Source: the human T2T-CHM13v2.0 reference genome, Homo sapiens
Direction: 5' to 3' (one strand)
Assembly: GCF_009914755.1 (NCBI RefSeq)
Contig: NC_060930.1
Length of the DNA: 64,000 nt
Of the stretch, positions 1 to 14,000 are shown piece by piece. How positions within the stretch are numbered: the stretch's first letter is position 1; every line of letters starts with the position of its first letter. The notes under the pieces are model-generated. The model ran no database searches and had not been told where the DNA came from. It worked only from the letters and a program-made list of their open reading frames with translations. The position numbers were made by a program, and so were the translations under genes.

Positions 1-478
1 TTATGTAATATTCTAAATACTTGGTTGTCATTTCAACAATGTTCACAGCATCTTCATCAGGAGCAGATTCCATCACAATACACCACTTTCTTTGCTCATT
101 CATAAGAGGCAACTCCTCACCTGTTAAAATTTTATCATGAGATTAAAGCAATTCAGACACATCTTCAGGCCACCTCAAATTATAGTTCTCTTACTATTTC
201 CACCACATTTGTAGTTAATTCCCTCATGGAAGTCTTGAAGCCTGTCAAAATAATTTATGAGGGTTGAAATCAACTCCTTCTAAACTCCTATTAATGTTCA
301 TATTCTCACCTCTTCCCAAATCATGAATGTTGCCAATGGCATTTAGAATGATTAATCCCTTTTCAGAGGGTGTTCCATTTACTTTGCTCAGATCCATCAA
401 AGAAACCACTATCTATGGGAGCTATGTAAGCCTTACAATACATTATAAAATGTATTTCTTAAATAATAAGACTTAAAG

Positions 479-718
479 TCAAAATGACTCCTTGATCCAT
501 GGGCTGCAGATTGGATGTTGTGATAGCAGAATGAAAACGACATTAATCTCCTCGTACATCTCCATCAGAGCTTGTAGGTAACCTGCATTGTCAATGAGCA
601 GTAATATTTTGAAAGGAATCTTTTTTTCCTTAGCAGTGGGTCTCAACAGAGGGTTTAAAATATTCAATAAATCCATACTGTGAACAGATGTCCTGTCATC
701 AAGGTTTTGTTGTTGCAC
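479..718 (-). pseudogene. Decayed Tigger1 transposase fragment (DDE region)
   Basis: KILLLIDNA motif; frame broken on both sides. Confidence 0.85.
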
Positions 719-1256
719 TTATAGAGCAAAGGCAGAACAGATTTTGCATAATTTTCAGGGCTCTATGCTTTTTGGAATGGTAAATAAGTATTGGCTTTCA
801 CTTAAAATCACTAGCTACGTTAGCTCACCAGCTACATTAACCCCAGCCTGTCCTTCAAAATTTTGAAGCTAGCCATTGACTTCTCCTTCTTAGTTGTTAC
901 AAAAGTTCTAGATGGCATTTTCTTCCAATATAGACTGTCGGCATTTAAAATCTGTTATTTCATGTAACCACATTCATCAATGATCTTAGCTAGATCTTCT
1001 AGAAAACTTTCTACAGCTTTTATATTAGCACATACTGTTTCATCTTGTACTTTTATGTTATAAAGATGGCTTCTTTACTTAAACATCATGAACCAATCTC
1101 TCCTAGCTTCAAACTTTTCTTCTGCAGTTTCGTCACCTCTGTCACCCTTCACAGAATTGATGAGAATTGGGGCCTTACTCTTGAGGCTTAAGGCAATGTT
1201 GTGGCTTGTTTGATCTTTCATCTAGACCACTAAAACTTTCTCCATATCAGCAATAA

Positions 1257-1567
<311 letters not shown>

Positions 1568-1713
1568 GTTTCACATTCTTATCATTCATGTGTTCACCAG
1601 AGTAGCAATTTTAATTTCCTTCAATAACTTTTCCTTTGCATCCACAATTTGGTTGTTTGGTGCAGAGGCCTAGATTTAAGCCTATGTTGTCTTTTGACAT
1701 GGCTTCCTCCCTA

Positions 1714-1799
1714 TTAATTCTTTCTAGCTTTTGATTTAAAGTGAGAGATATGTGAGTTAATTCTTTCTAGCTTTTGATTTAAAGTGAGAGATGTGTGAC
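1714..1799. repeat. 43-bp tandem duplication (2 copies) inside Tigger1
   Basis: TTAATTCTTTCTAGCTTTTGATTTAAAGTGAGAGAT... at 1714-1756 and 1757-1799, 2 mismatches. Confidence 0.95.
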
Positions 1800-2249
1800 T
1801 TTTCCTTTCACTTGAATACATAGAGGCTACTATGGGGTTATTAACTGACCTAATTTCAATGTTGTTGTTTTCTTTTAGAAGACTTGAGGAGAAAAGGAGA
1901 GATGTTGGAATGAACAAGCAGTCCATGGAGCAGTTACACACACTCATCAATTAAGTTTGCTGTCTTATATGAGGGAAATTCATGGTACCCCAAAACAATT
2001 ACCATAGTAACATTAAATATCACTGATCAGAGACCACCATAATGATATAATAATGATGAAAGAGTTTGAAATACTTCAAGAATTACCAAAATGTGGCACA
2101 AAGACCCAAAAGAAGCACATGCTGTTGAAAAAATGACAATAGACTTGCTCGATGCAGGGTTGCAACAAACCTTCAATTTGTAAAAAATGCATTATCTATG
2201 AAGCACAATAAAGTGAAGTAAAATTAAATGAGGTATGCCTGTTTGTATT

Positions 2250-4120
2250 TACCTATGTAATTATCATTTTCCATGCTCTTCATTTCTTTGTGTAAATCCA
2301 GTATTGCCTCCGCTTGGATTTCTTTTAATATTTACTGTAGTGCAGATTTGCTGGTAATGAATTCTTTCAGCTTCTATACATCCAAAAAAGATTTGTTTAG
2401 TCTTCTGTTTTTGAAATATATTTTCACCAAACCTTTGTCCAGTGAACTTTTTTTCAATAATGTAGAGACATTGGTCCATTTTCTTCTAGCTTGAAATATT
2501 TCCAATGAGAAATCTGCTGTTGTCTTTAATTTTATTCCTCTGTAGGTAAGGTGTCATTAATTTTTAGTCCTTTTAATACTTTCTCTTTATCACCAGGTTT
2601 ATGCAACTTAAGGTGGTGTGCCTTAGTTATAAATAAGTTTATTAATACTTATATTACTTGCATGTGTTTCCTTTTTACCAGTCTAATCCATTTGAAATTT
2701 AGCATGATTATAATTTTATGTTTTTATTTTCCAAGTCACTATCTAATTGTACAAACATAATTTGTTAAATAGTTCATTATTTATTTCCCCAGTGATTTAA
2801 GATACCTGACACTTTTGGCATATAGTAAATTTCTATACATACAAAGTTCTATTTCTGAACATTCTATTCTGTTTCATGTAGTTTAAGCATGATATTTTTA
2901 CAACATGTTTTAATATCTAGAAAAGGAAGTCCTTATTCATTGTTTTTTTCATGGCATTTATTTTTACACAATATAAATTCAGTTTCTCTAGCCCAAGAAA
3001 AAATGCATAGAGTATTTCACTGGGATTGTCTTAAATTTATATAATTAATTTGGAAGAATTAGAATATGTATGATGATCATTCATACTATCTAAGAACCAG
3101 AAATGTATTTTTATTGTTCATTTTACAAGTATTTAAATTGATTTATTATATATGTATTGAATATTTTTATTAAATTAATTCCTAAACCTAAGTGTATTTC
3201 TAAATATATGTTTATAATTATTATAAAGATTTCTTTAGTTATGATCTGTTGATATAAGACTGTTTTATGTTTATATTATATCTTGCTTACTTATTTTATT
3301 GAATTTTTATTTTATTTTAAATACTCTTTGGTTTTCAAATTATGTTATTATGCTACCTGCAACTGGAAACAGTTTTACCTCTCTGCGTCCAATTTTGTTC
3401 TTATGTATTGCCTACTGTATGCAATACAATTCAGGTTTCCCGATTTGCTGTACTTAGTTAAAAATAAATGCCTAAAAGTTTATTTTTTATTAGTAGAATG
3501 ATGACTTTGGTGGTTGTTATATGTAACATATAACATGTAATTTGTTATAGTGTATAAAATATATAATATATACCTAATAAAATCATATCATTCATAAATT
3601 TATTTTTAAATATCTATTTTCTTATTTTATTTTTTATTCATTTTTTAACAGAAATGAGTATTATATTTTGTTAAATACTATTTCAGAATACATAGAAATA
3701 AGTTTATGGTTTTCTTCCTCTTTAGATCTAGTGATGTGGCTGATTACATTAATGGATTCCTTAATATTAAGCCATCCTTGAATTCCTATGATAAATTCTA
3801 TTTGGTTAAATTGCATATTTCTTAATGTGTTTTGGAGTGTTATTATTTTGCATATATTATATGTAGATACTTAAATTGAAATTTTAAAGAGACTGCTCTT
3901 TTTTTGTTACATTTTAGTCTATGTCATGTCTACATATAAATGTTATACTTGCTTCAAAACATAATTTTAAGTTTTTCTTACTATATGTTCTGAAACACTT
4001 TAAGTGACATATTTTTCTGCAATTTTAATAAAATTCTTTTATGAAAGTATCTTAGTCATTTGCTTTTTATGTTGACCTTTTAAATATTTTCTCTTTCTTC
4101 TATGAGAATTGGTCTTTTAA
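2250..4120 (-). mobile_element. Old L1M (L1ME/MC-type) ORF1/ORF2 fragments
   Basis: T-rich sequence with decayed antisense L1 phrases (gatttgctggtaatgaattctttcagc; tctatttctgaacattctattctgtttcat); boundaries approximate. Confidence 0.6.
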
Positions 4121-5358
4121 GCTTAAAATTGTGTGCTCTTTAGTATCTCCATAACTTCCCTCACTTACACAGCTATGTTTTTACTTATATTTATAGTGAC
4201 TTCACATTTACTATGACGGTGTTTTCACCTCTACTTTTCTTCTCTTTACTGGGACTTTTTCCAAGACAAGAATCATTTACACTTGTTTAGCTAGCACTAG
4301 GACAATATGAATGCAATAGGCATGTGAACAATAATCAAATTATGCCATTGCTTAATATTGTTTTATTTATTTTAATTTTTAATGCAATTATTTTTAAAGC
4401 AAATACCATTTGTATATTGTTTGCAATTTCTAACACAATCCCTAAACATGCCAATTGTTTATATTATGGCCTTTTATAAAATTAAGGGACTAAATGAATA
4501 TTTTACAAAATTTTAAAAATTAATATGAATTAAACATGACATTAAGACTCATTTTATTTTCCTATTCCCAAAAAGAGTAGCTCATAAGCAGTATGTTTTA
4601 GGAGTACTATCACTAGAACTAGTATTTAGTCATTCTGCAATAAAAATTTCTTTCTTTTAGCTAAAATTTTTTAATACATGTGTTTAAAAATTTGAAATGA
4701 AGTAGAATATATTGTATTGAGTTTATAACTGATAAGTGAAAAATTTTTAGAATCTTTTGCTGAAGTACTCAATGACTCATAAAACTAGTATATTTATTCT
4801 GAAAAGAAATAAAAATATAAATACTTTATATGGTTGACTTATAATTCTGGGCAAATTTGTTGTCTTCCTAAAGATGGTGGCCCAGTTTATAGAAAAACAG
4901 AAGCTATTTATAAGACATCAAATTAACAGATCTAAATAAAAACTTCCAAAGACATTAAAAACAGCTGTGTTTTAATATTTTTTGAGCTATTACATTCTCT
5001 CCAAAGAAACATGGGTTATGGCAGCTACTGCAGTGAGTTCTATAGCAGTTGACCACAGGAAATAAAAAGTAAAGAAAGTTGTAAATTTTTTAGCTAGAAA
5101 TTAAATATTTACAAAGACATTATGTGATATGAGGTGCTGAGATACATTTAGGAAGTATTGTGAACCTTACATTCAATACAAACAAGAAATATACTGTATG
5201 TCAGCCTTAGCATTGTCTTATAATACGTTGTGTAGCAAATTATGGATAATTGTGGAGCAACCAAGTTAACCTATTTTCAAAAGGAAATTCACATTCCAAA
5301 TTGTTGTCAGGAACAAACTTTAATTTAAAATAAGTAATTCTTTTCTGTACTGTGTACT

Positions 5359-5721
5359 TGATATGGTTTGGTTCTGTGTCCTCACCCAAATCTCATCCTG
5401 AATTGTACTCCCATAATTCCCTTCTGTTGTGGGAGGGACCCAGTGGGAGATAACTGAATCATGGGGACAGTTTCTCCCATACTGTTCTCATGGTAGTGAA
5501 TAAGTCTCACGATATCTGATGCTTTGATAAGGAGAAACCTACTTCACTTAGCTCTCATTCTCTCTCTTGCTGCTGTCATGTAAGAAGTGCCTTTCACCTT
5601 CTGCCATGATTGCAAGGGCTCCCTAGACATGTGGAACTGTAAGTCCATTAAACCTCTTCCTCTTTTAAATTGCCCAATCTCAGGTATGTCTTTATCAGCA
5701 GCATGAAAATGAACTAATACA
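5359..5721 (+). mobile_element. THE1-family (ERVL-MaLR) solo LTR
   Basis: TGATATGGTTTGG...GAACTAATACA termini, 363 bp, perfect 5-bp TSD GTACT (5354-5358, 5722-5726). Confidence 0.93.
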
Positions 5722-6555
5722 GTACTCAAATCATTAGATGCTTACATTGTATTACTATGCTTCCAGAAAGTAACATAGACTCTCCATTTGCCCGTTAATG
5801 AGGTAAGTCTTACTGATGCTGAAAGAAGTGATTCTTATTACTAAGCCATGGGTCAGTTTAGGACACTGCTCAGTTTATTTTAAAATTATGTTTGATTGAA
5901 GTGTATCAATGACAGATTTCATTTGTATTGTATAGAAAATGTCATTGTCACCGAAATAAGCCTATGGTTTTTACTTTGTTTAGATATAATCATATGCTTT
6001 GTCCCTTGACTTTTTGTAGGTTCTTTGTATTTGACAATTGAGACAAATCACACAGGTAACAATATGTGCCCCTATGCATACATACCCATACCCATAAAAA
6101 TACCTTTGGCCTACTTTACCATATAACTAAAATGTCAATCATAGTTTTTCTTTCTGACTGCTTAATATTTTTCTTCTGGTGTCCTCATATATCATATAAA
6201 AATAACCTAATAGGAATAATTGTTTCTATTTTGGGGGAATGGGGTAAAAATGAAAAAACCTATGAATTGGGATCATTATTAATTTCATCTTTTGGGAAAT
6301 TATAAATTTTTCTCAAACAACTTGAGAATGAGATGTACCATGGAGAGGTGGAACAAGGTTCCCAAATAGAAGCCTCCATCACTTGTCCTTTGTAACATCA
6401 AATTGAATAACTATCCACACAAAATAAGCACCTTCATAAGAACCAAAAATAAGGAGAGTGGTCACAGTACCTGGTTTTAACTTCATATCACTGAAATAGG
6501 CACAGAAGAGGGTAGGAAAAACAGTCTTGAATTGCCAGTGTCACCTGTCCCTCAT

Positions 6556-6630
6556 GCCCTGGCAGTGGCACATGACATGAAGAGAGAATCTAAGGCCTTG
6601 GCAGTGGCACATGACATGAAGAGAGAATCT
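6556..6630. repeat. 36-bp direct repeat with 39-bp period in L1MA 5'UTR
   Basis: GCC(C/T)TGGCAGTGGCACATGACATGAAGAGAGAATCT at 6556-6591 and 6595-6630. Confidence 0.95.
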
Positions 6631-9600
6631 GTGCACTTGGGGACGGAGAGTCCACTGATTGTGGGACTTTGGAGTGGAACTCAGTGCTGCCACAGCGGAA
6701 AGCAACACTGGGGAGAATCCAGCTGTTGTCCACAGAGGGAGTATTTAGACCCGTTCTAGACAGAGAGGAATCACACATCTCGTTGGTCACAACCTGAGTT
6801 CCTGCAAACCTCACCACCACAAACTAAAGTTCTTTGGGATCAAAATAAACATGAAACTGGGGTCTGAATAAACTTGCCATATAGGCCACAAGGACTAAAA
6901 TTATTGCTCTTTATTAAAGGGACATAGAGCTGCTGAATAGATGAAAAAACAAGACCCAATGATCTGTTGCCTACAAGATACACATTTCACCTAAAACGAT
7001 ACACATAAACTGAAAATAAAGGGATGGAAAAAGATATTTTATGCCAATGCAAACTAATAAAGAACAACACTAGCTATGCTTATATCAGGCAGAATAGATG
7101 TCATGAAAACAAACTTTTAAGAGACAAATTTCATTATATAATGATTAAGGGGTCAATTCAGCAAGAGAGTATAATGATTGTAATTATTTAAGCACTCAAC
7201 ACTGGAGCACTCAGAATCACCAAAAAAAATATATATATATATTAGAATTAAAGAGAGAAAGATAGACCTCAATACGATAATAGCTGAAGACTTAAACACC
7301 CTATTTTCAGCATTGGAAAGATGTCCCAGAAGAAAAGATAACAAAGAAACATTGGACTTAATCCATACTATATAACAAATGGACCTAATAGATATTTATA
7401 GAACATTTCATGCAACAGCTGCAGAATACACATTCTTATCCTCAACACATGGATCATTCTTAAAGCTGGCCATATGCTAGGTCACAAAATAAATTGTGAA
7501 ACATTTTTTTAAATGAAATAATATCAAGCATCTGACCACAAAGGAATAAAACTAGAAATCAGTAACAAGAGGAATTTTGGAAACTACATGAACACATAAA
7601 AATTAAGCAATATGCTCTTGAATGGCCAGTGATTCAATGAAGAAATTAAGAAAATGGAAAAATGTCTTGAAACAAATAATAATGGAAACACAACAATACC
7701 AAAGCATATAAGATACAGTGAAAATACTAAGTGGGAAATTTATACTCATAAATGCCTACATCAAAAAATAAAAAAACTTCAAATAAATAACTTAACCATG
7801 AATGTTAAAGAACTAGAAAAGCAATAGCAAAGTGAACCCAAAATTAGTAGAAGAAAAGAAATAAAGATCAGAGAGAAATAGATGAATTTGAAATCAAGAA
7901 AACAATACAAAACATCTACAAAACCACAAGCGGGTTCTCAGAAAAGATAAAAGTGACAAACTCTTACCCAGAATCTGGAAGAAAAAAAAAGAGAGAGGAC
8001 CCCAATAAATAAAATCAGAGATGAAAAAAGCAATATTACAACTGATAACTAACACTGCAGAAATACAAAAGATCATTAGTGGCTACTATGAGCAACTATA
8101 TACCAATAATTTGCAAAATCCAGAGGAATGGAATAAATTTCTATGCATAAAACAAACCAAGAGTGAACCACGAAGAAAATTCAAAACCTAAACAGACCAA
8201 TAACAAGATTGAAGCTGTAATAGAAAGTCTCCTAGTAAAGAAAAGCCTGGGACCAGATGGCTCCACTGCTGAATTCTGCCAAACATTTAAAGAATAAATA
8301 ATATAAATCCTATTCAAACTATTCTGAAAAATAGAGAAGAAAATACTTCCAAACTAATTCTTTGAGGCCAATGCTACCCAATACAAAAACCAGACAAAGT
8401 CACGTCAAAAAAGAAACCTGAAGGCCAATATCTCTGATGAATATTGATGTAAATATCCTCAACAAAATACTAACAAACTGAATTCAACAACACATTAAAG
8501 AGATTATTAACCGTGGCCAAATAGAATTTATCCCAAAGATGCAAGGATGTCTCAACATATGCAAATCAATGAATGTGACACATCATAGCAACAGAATGAA
8601 GGACAAAACCATATGATTCTTTCAATTGATGCTGAAAAACGTGATAAAATTCAACATTCTTCTTGATAAAATCCCTAAAAAAACTGAGTATATAAAGAAT
8701 ATACCTCCAAATAATAAAAGTCACATATGACAAACCCACTGCTAGTATCATACTGAATGGCAGAAAACTGCAAGTCTTTCTGCTAAGATCTGGAACATGA
8801 CAAGAATGCCTACTTTCATTACTACTTTCATTTCAACATAGTACTGGAGGACCTAGCTGTAGCAATCAGGAAAGAGAAAGAAATAAAGGACATCCATATT
8901 GGAAAGAAAGAAATCAAATTATTCTTGTTTACAGGTGATATGATCTTCTCTCTGGGAAAATTAAAGACTTCACAAAAACTATGGTCAATACTTGCCATGG
9001 GCCTAGGTCAGACTCAAAGATGTGCTGGCTTTAGGTGGGACCAAGCAAATACGCAGCTGTGGTGGCTATGCAGAGACCACTTCTGCTTGATAAAAGGACA
9101 GGGAAGAATAAATGGGACTTTGTGTTGCAACTTGGGTACCAGCTGGACCACAGTGAGGCAGAGCATTGAAGGGGCTCTTGGGGTCTCCAATACAAGGCTT
9201 TCATACTTGGATGAAATTTCTGAACATGGCCTGGCCCAGAGGGGAGCCGACTCCCTGAAGGGTGAGTCCCAGGCATGGCAACATTAACTACAACCTGATT
9301 GAAGAGCCCTTGGGCTTTACATGAACATTAGTGGTGGCCAGGCAGAATCTTCCATGGGCTGGTGGTGGTAGTGGCCACAAAGAAAGACTCCTCTGCCTGT
9401 GGAAAAGATAGAGAAGAGTGGTAGGGACATTGCCTTGTGGCTTGGGTACCAACTCAACAGCAGTAAAATAGAGCACCAAGTAGAATTCTAAGGTTTTCAC
9501 CTCCAGGCCCTGGCTCCAGGGTTGGGGCATCTCTGGACCTCCCAAGGGCCCAGGGAAATTTGCCACTCTAAATGAAAAGACATAAGCCTGGCTGTCTTGG

Positions 9601-10703
9601 CCACCTGCTGATTGTAGAGCCCAAGGGCCATAATTGAACACAGGTGGTAGCCAAGTAGTTGATAATGTGGGCCCTGGGCAAGACCCAGTGCTGTGCTGGC
9701 TTTAGGTCTGACCCAGTCCATTCCCAGTGGTAGTCGTTACAGGGGTTCTTATGTCACCCCTCACATAGCTGCAGACATCTCGGTACACAGAGAAAGACTA
9801 CACTTCCTTTGCAGAAAATAAGGGCAGAGAACAAGAGTGTGCACATGGTAATTCACGTAATTTTTCCAAATCTTATCCAGGGCAACCAAAGTGTTACCAC
9901 TACAAGTCTGCAAGACACACTGGTACTGGGTTTGAGGTGTTCCCTAATGGAAATACGGTTACAGTGACCAGCAACTTAGACCACAACACCAGAACTTCAA
10001 ATACCTGGAAAGCTTTCCCAAGAAGAGAGAGTACAAACAAACCCAATTTGTGAAGACTACAATAAATAATTAACTCTTCAATGACCAGACACTGATGAAT
10101 ATCCACAAGCATCAAGACTATCTAGGAAAACATGACTCCACCAAACAATCAAAGTAAGCACTAGAGACAAATCCCAGAGAAAAAGAGATGTGTGACCTTT
10201 CAGACAGATAATTCAAAATAGTTGTTTTGAATTATCTTGTATTTAATCGAGGAAATTCAAGAAACTCAGTGAAACTCCAGATAACACAGAGAAGAAATGC
10301 AGAATTCTATCAGATGAATTTAACAAAGAGTGAAATAATTAAAAAGAGTCAAGCAGAAATTCTGGAGTCGAAAAACGCAATTGACATGCTGAAGAATGAA
10401 TCAGATTCTCAAGAGCAGAATGGGTCAAGCAGAAGAAAGAATTAGTGAGCTTTGGTACAGATTATTTGAAAATACGCTGTCAGAGGAGATGTACTAATCC
10501 ATTCTCACATTGCTACAAAGAAATATCCAAGACTGGGTAATTTACAAAAGAAATAGGTTTAATTGACTCACAGTTCTGCATTGCTGGGGAGGCCTCAGAG
10601 GGAAACTTACAATCAGGGCAGAAGGCAAAGGAGAAGCAGGCAACTTCTTCACAGGGTGGCAGGATGGAGTGAGTGCTAGCAGGAGAAATGCCAGATGCTT
10701 ATT

Positions 10704-10707
10704 AAAA

Positions 10708-10770
<63 letters not shown>
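10704..10770. repeat. A13(TA)27 microsatellite
   Basis: Directly visible. Confidence 0.97.
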
Positions 10771-10775
<5 letters not shown>

Positions 10776-10777
10776 CA

Positions 10778-11082
<305 letters not shown>

Positions 11083-14000
11083 CTGTCAGATCTCCTGAGA
11101 CTCACTCACAATCATGAGAACAGCATGGGGGAAACTGCCCCCATGCTCCAATTACTTCCACACTAGTCCTGCTCTTGACACATTGGGATCATGGGAATAA
11201 TGGGGGTTACAATTCCAGATGAGATTTTGAGTGGGGACAGAGTAAATGCAAAAAGAATAAAATATAATGGATCGCCCCTAAAAGATCTAGAAAATAGTCT
11301 CACGAGGGTAAATCTAAGAGTTTGGGGGCTCAAAGAGGAAATCAAGAGAGAGATGGGGCAGAAAGTTTATTCAAAGGGATAGTAACACCAAACTTCCCAA
11401 ATCTAGAGAAAGATATCAATATTCAAGTACAAGAAGGGTACAGAAGAGCAAGCAGATTTAACCCAAAAAAGACTACCTCAAGGTATTTAATAATCAAACT
11501 ACCAAAGATCAAGGGTAAGCAAAAAATCCTAAAAGCAGCAAGAGACAAGATACAAATAACGGACAAAGGAGCTCCAACACATCTGGTAGCAAACTTTTGA
11601 GTGAAAACCTTACAGGCCGAGAGAGTGGCATGATATATTTAATGTGCTGAAGGAGAACTAGAATAGTGTTAATATATATAGTGAAAATATCCTTCAAACA
11701 TGAAGGAGAAATAAAGACGTTTCAATGCAAACCAAAGCTGAGGGATTTAATCAACACCATACCTGTCCTACAATAACTCCTAAGGGACTTCTTCAATTTG
11801 AAAGAAAAAGACATTAATGAGCAATCAGAAATCATGTAAAGGTACAAAACTCACTAGTAATACTAAGTATACAGAAAAACACAATATTATAAAGTTGTAA
11901 TTATGCTGTGTAAATGGCTCATACTTGGGTAGAAAGACTAAAAGGTAAACTAATCAAAAATAATAACCTCAACATTTCAAGACCTACGCAGTACAAAAAT
12001 ATACAAATAGAAACAACAAAAAGTTAAAAAGCACGGGGAAGTTAACGTGTGGAGTTCTTATTAGTTTTCACTTTGCTTATCTGTTAGTTTGTTCCTTTAT
12101 GCAATCAGTGTTAATTGTCGTCAGTTTAAAATCATGTGTTACATTATTTCCATGCTTCATGACAATCTGAAATCAAAAAACATATGAGATATATGCAAAA
12201 AATAAAAAGTAAGAAATTAAAACATGCCACCAGAAAAAAAATTCACTAAAAAGAAATCAGGAAGGAAGGAATGAATAAAGATAAGACCACAAAACAACCA
12301 GAAGACAAATAGCAAATGTCAGGAATAAGTCCTTACTTATCAATAATAACATCGAAAGTACATGAACTAAACTATCCAATCAAAAAACATAGAGGGATTG
12401 AATGGATTTAAAAAAAAGACATACCAGTCTGTTGCCTACCAAAAACATACTGCACCTCTAAAGACAAACATAGACTGAAAATAAAGGAATGCAAAAAGAT
12501 ATTTCATGGAAATAAAAAGAGCAGGGGCAGATAGAAGAACATAAGATATAAGAATATCTAGTCCTGCTCTCATATTAAGTAGATATTTATATTAAATAGA
12601 TATAAGATATCCTTATATCTAATCCTGTTCTTATATTGAGATATAAAAATATCTACTGCTCTTTTATCTATTCTGCTCTTACATCTACTCCTGAAAAAAT
12701 AGATATCAAGGCAAAAACTATAAAAAGAGACAAAGAAGCTCATTATTTAATTATAAAGGGATTGATTTAGCAAGAGGATATAAAAATTGTAAATATATGG
12801 ATGGACCCAACAATGGAGCACCCAAATATATAAAGCAAATATTATTAATGCTAATGAGAAAAACAGACCTCAATGCAATGATGATAAAAGTCATATATGA
12901 CTAACCTACAGCTAGTATCATACTTAATACTGAATGGGGAAAATCTGAAAGCCTTTCCTCTAAGATCTGGAACAAGAGAACGATGCCCAGTTTCACCACT
13001 GTTATTCAACACAGTACTCAAAGTCCTGGCTACAGCAATCAGAGAAGAGAAAGAAATAAAGGGCATCCAAACTGGAAAGGAAGGAATCAAATTATGCTTG
13101 TTTTCAGATGATATAATCTTTTATTTGGAAAAACCTAAAGACTCTACCAAAAATCTATTAGAAGTGATAAACAAATTCAGTTTGTGGATACAAAATCAAC
13201 ATAAAAAATCAGTAGCATTTCTATATGACAACAGTGGACAATCTGAAAAAGAAATCAAGAAAGTAATCCCTTTTACAATAGCCACACATAAAATTAAATA
13301 CCTGGTAGTAAACTTAACCAAAGAAGTGAATGACCTCTAGAATAAAAACTATAAAACATTTATAAAAGAAATTGAATAGAATGATGCTTACCAGGGGGCT
13401 GGGCAGGGTAGTGGGATGGAGCGGGGCTAAGTGGAGGCAATAAATGGGTTCAAAAATATAGTTAGTTAGGATGAATCAGACCTAGTATTTGATGGCACAA
13501 CAAGGTGACTACAGTCAATCATTTATTGTACACATAAAAAAATTAAAAGTATAATTGGATTGTTTGTAGCACAAAGAAAGGATAAGTGCTTGAAGTTATG
13601 GATACCCTATTCACCCTGATACAGTTATTACATATCGTATGCCTTCATCAAAATATCTCATGTATCCCATAAATATATACATTTACTGTGTACCCACAAA
13701 AATGAAACATAATTTTTTGAGAAACTAATACAGTTTGTGAATGAAAAATAAACCTCAAAAATTAAAAAATAGAATAAGATGTACAAAATGTAGCAAAATT
13801 TGCAGGAGCTTTTACAACTTTTTATAGCATGTAAACATTTATTAAAAGTAATAACCATGATTCAGTTATTTCATTATTACAGGTTGTAAAAAATACTATC
13901 GTTCAACTTATGTTCAACATGCCTTATGTTCAAGGTAATATGCCAATTAGCATAAATCAATGTATCAAGGGAAAACATTTTCATTCCTCTAACATATATA

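Noticed and set aside
5767-5802. 36-nt coding micro-exon
   Set aside because: Stop codons in all three frames and a weak acceptor; only the donor was kept as a candidate
9060-9700. Diverged ~300-bp repeated units and several overlapping ORFs
   Set aside because: As I recall, internal repeats are a normal feature of the L1M1/L1MA 5'UTR; the ORFs reflect higher GC content
12530-12695. CRISPR-like or minisatellite array
   Set aside because: Units are irregular and derive from the adjacent L1 sequence; no constant repeat-spacer structure; eukaryotic context
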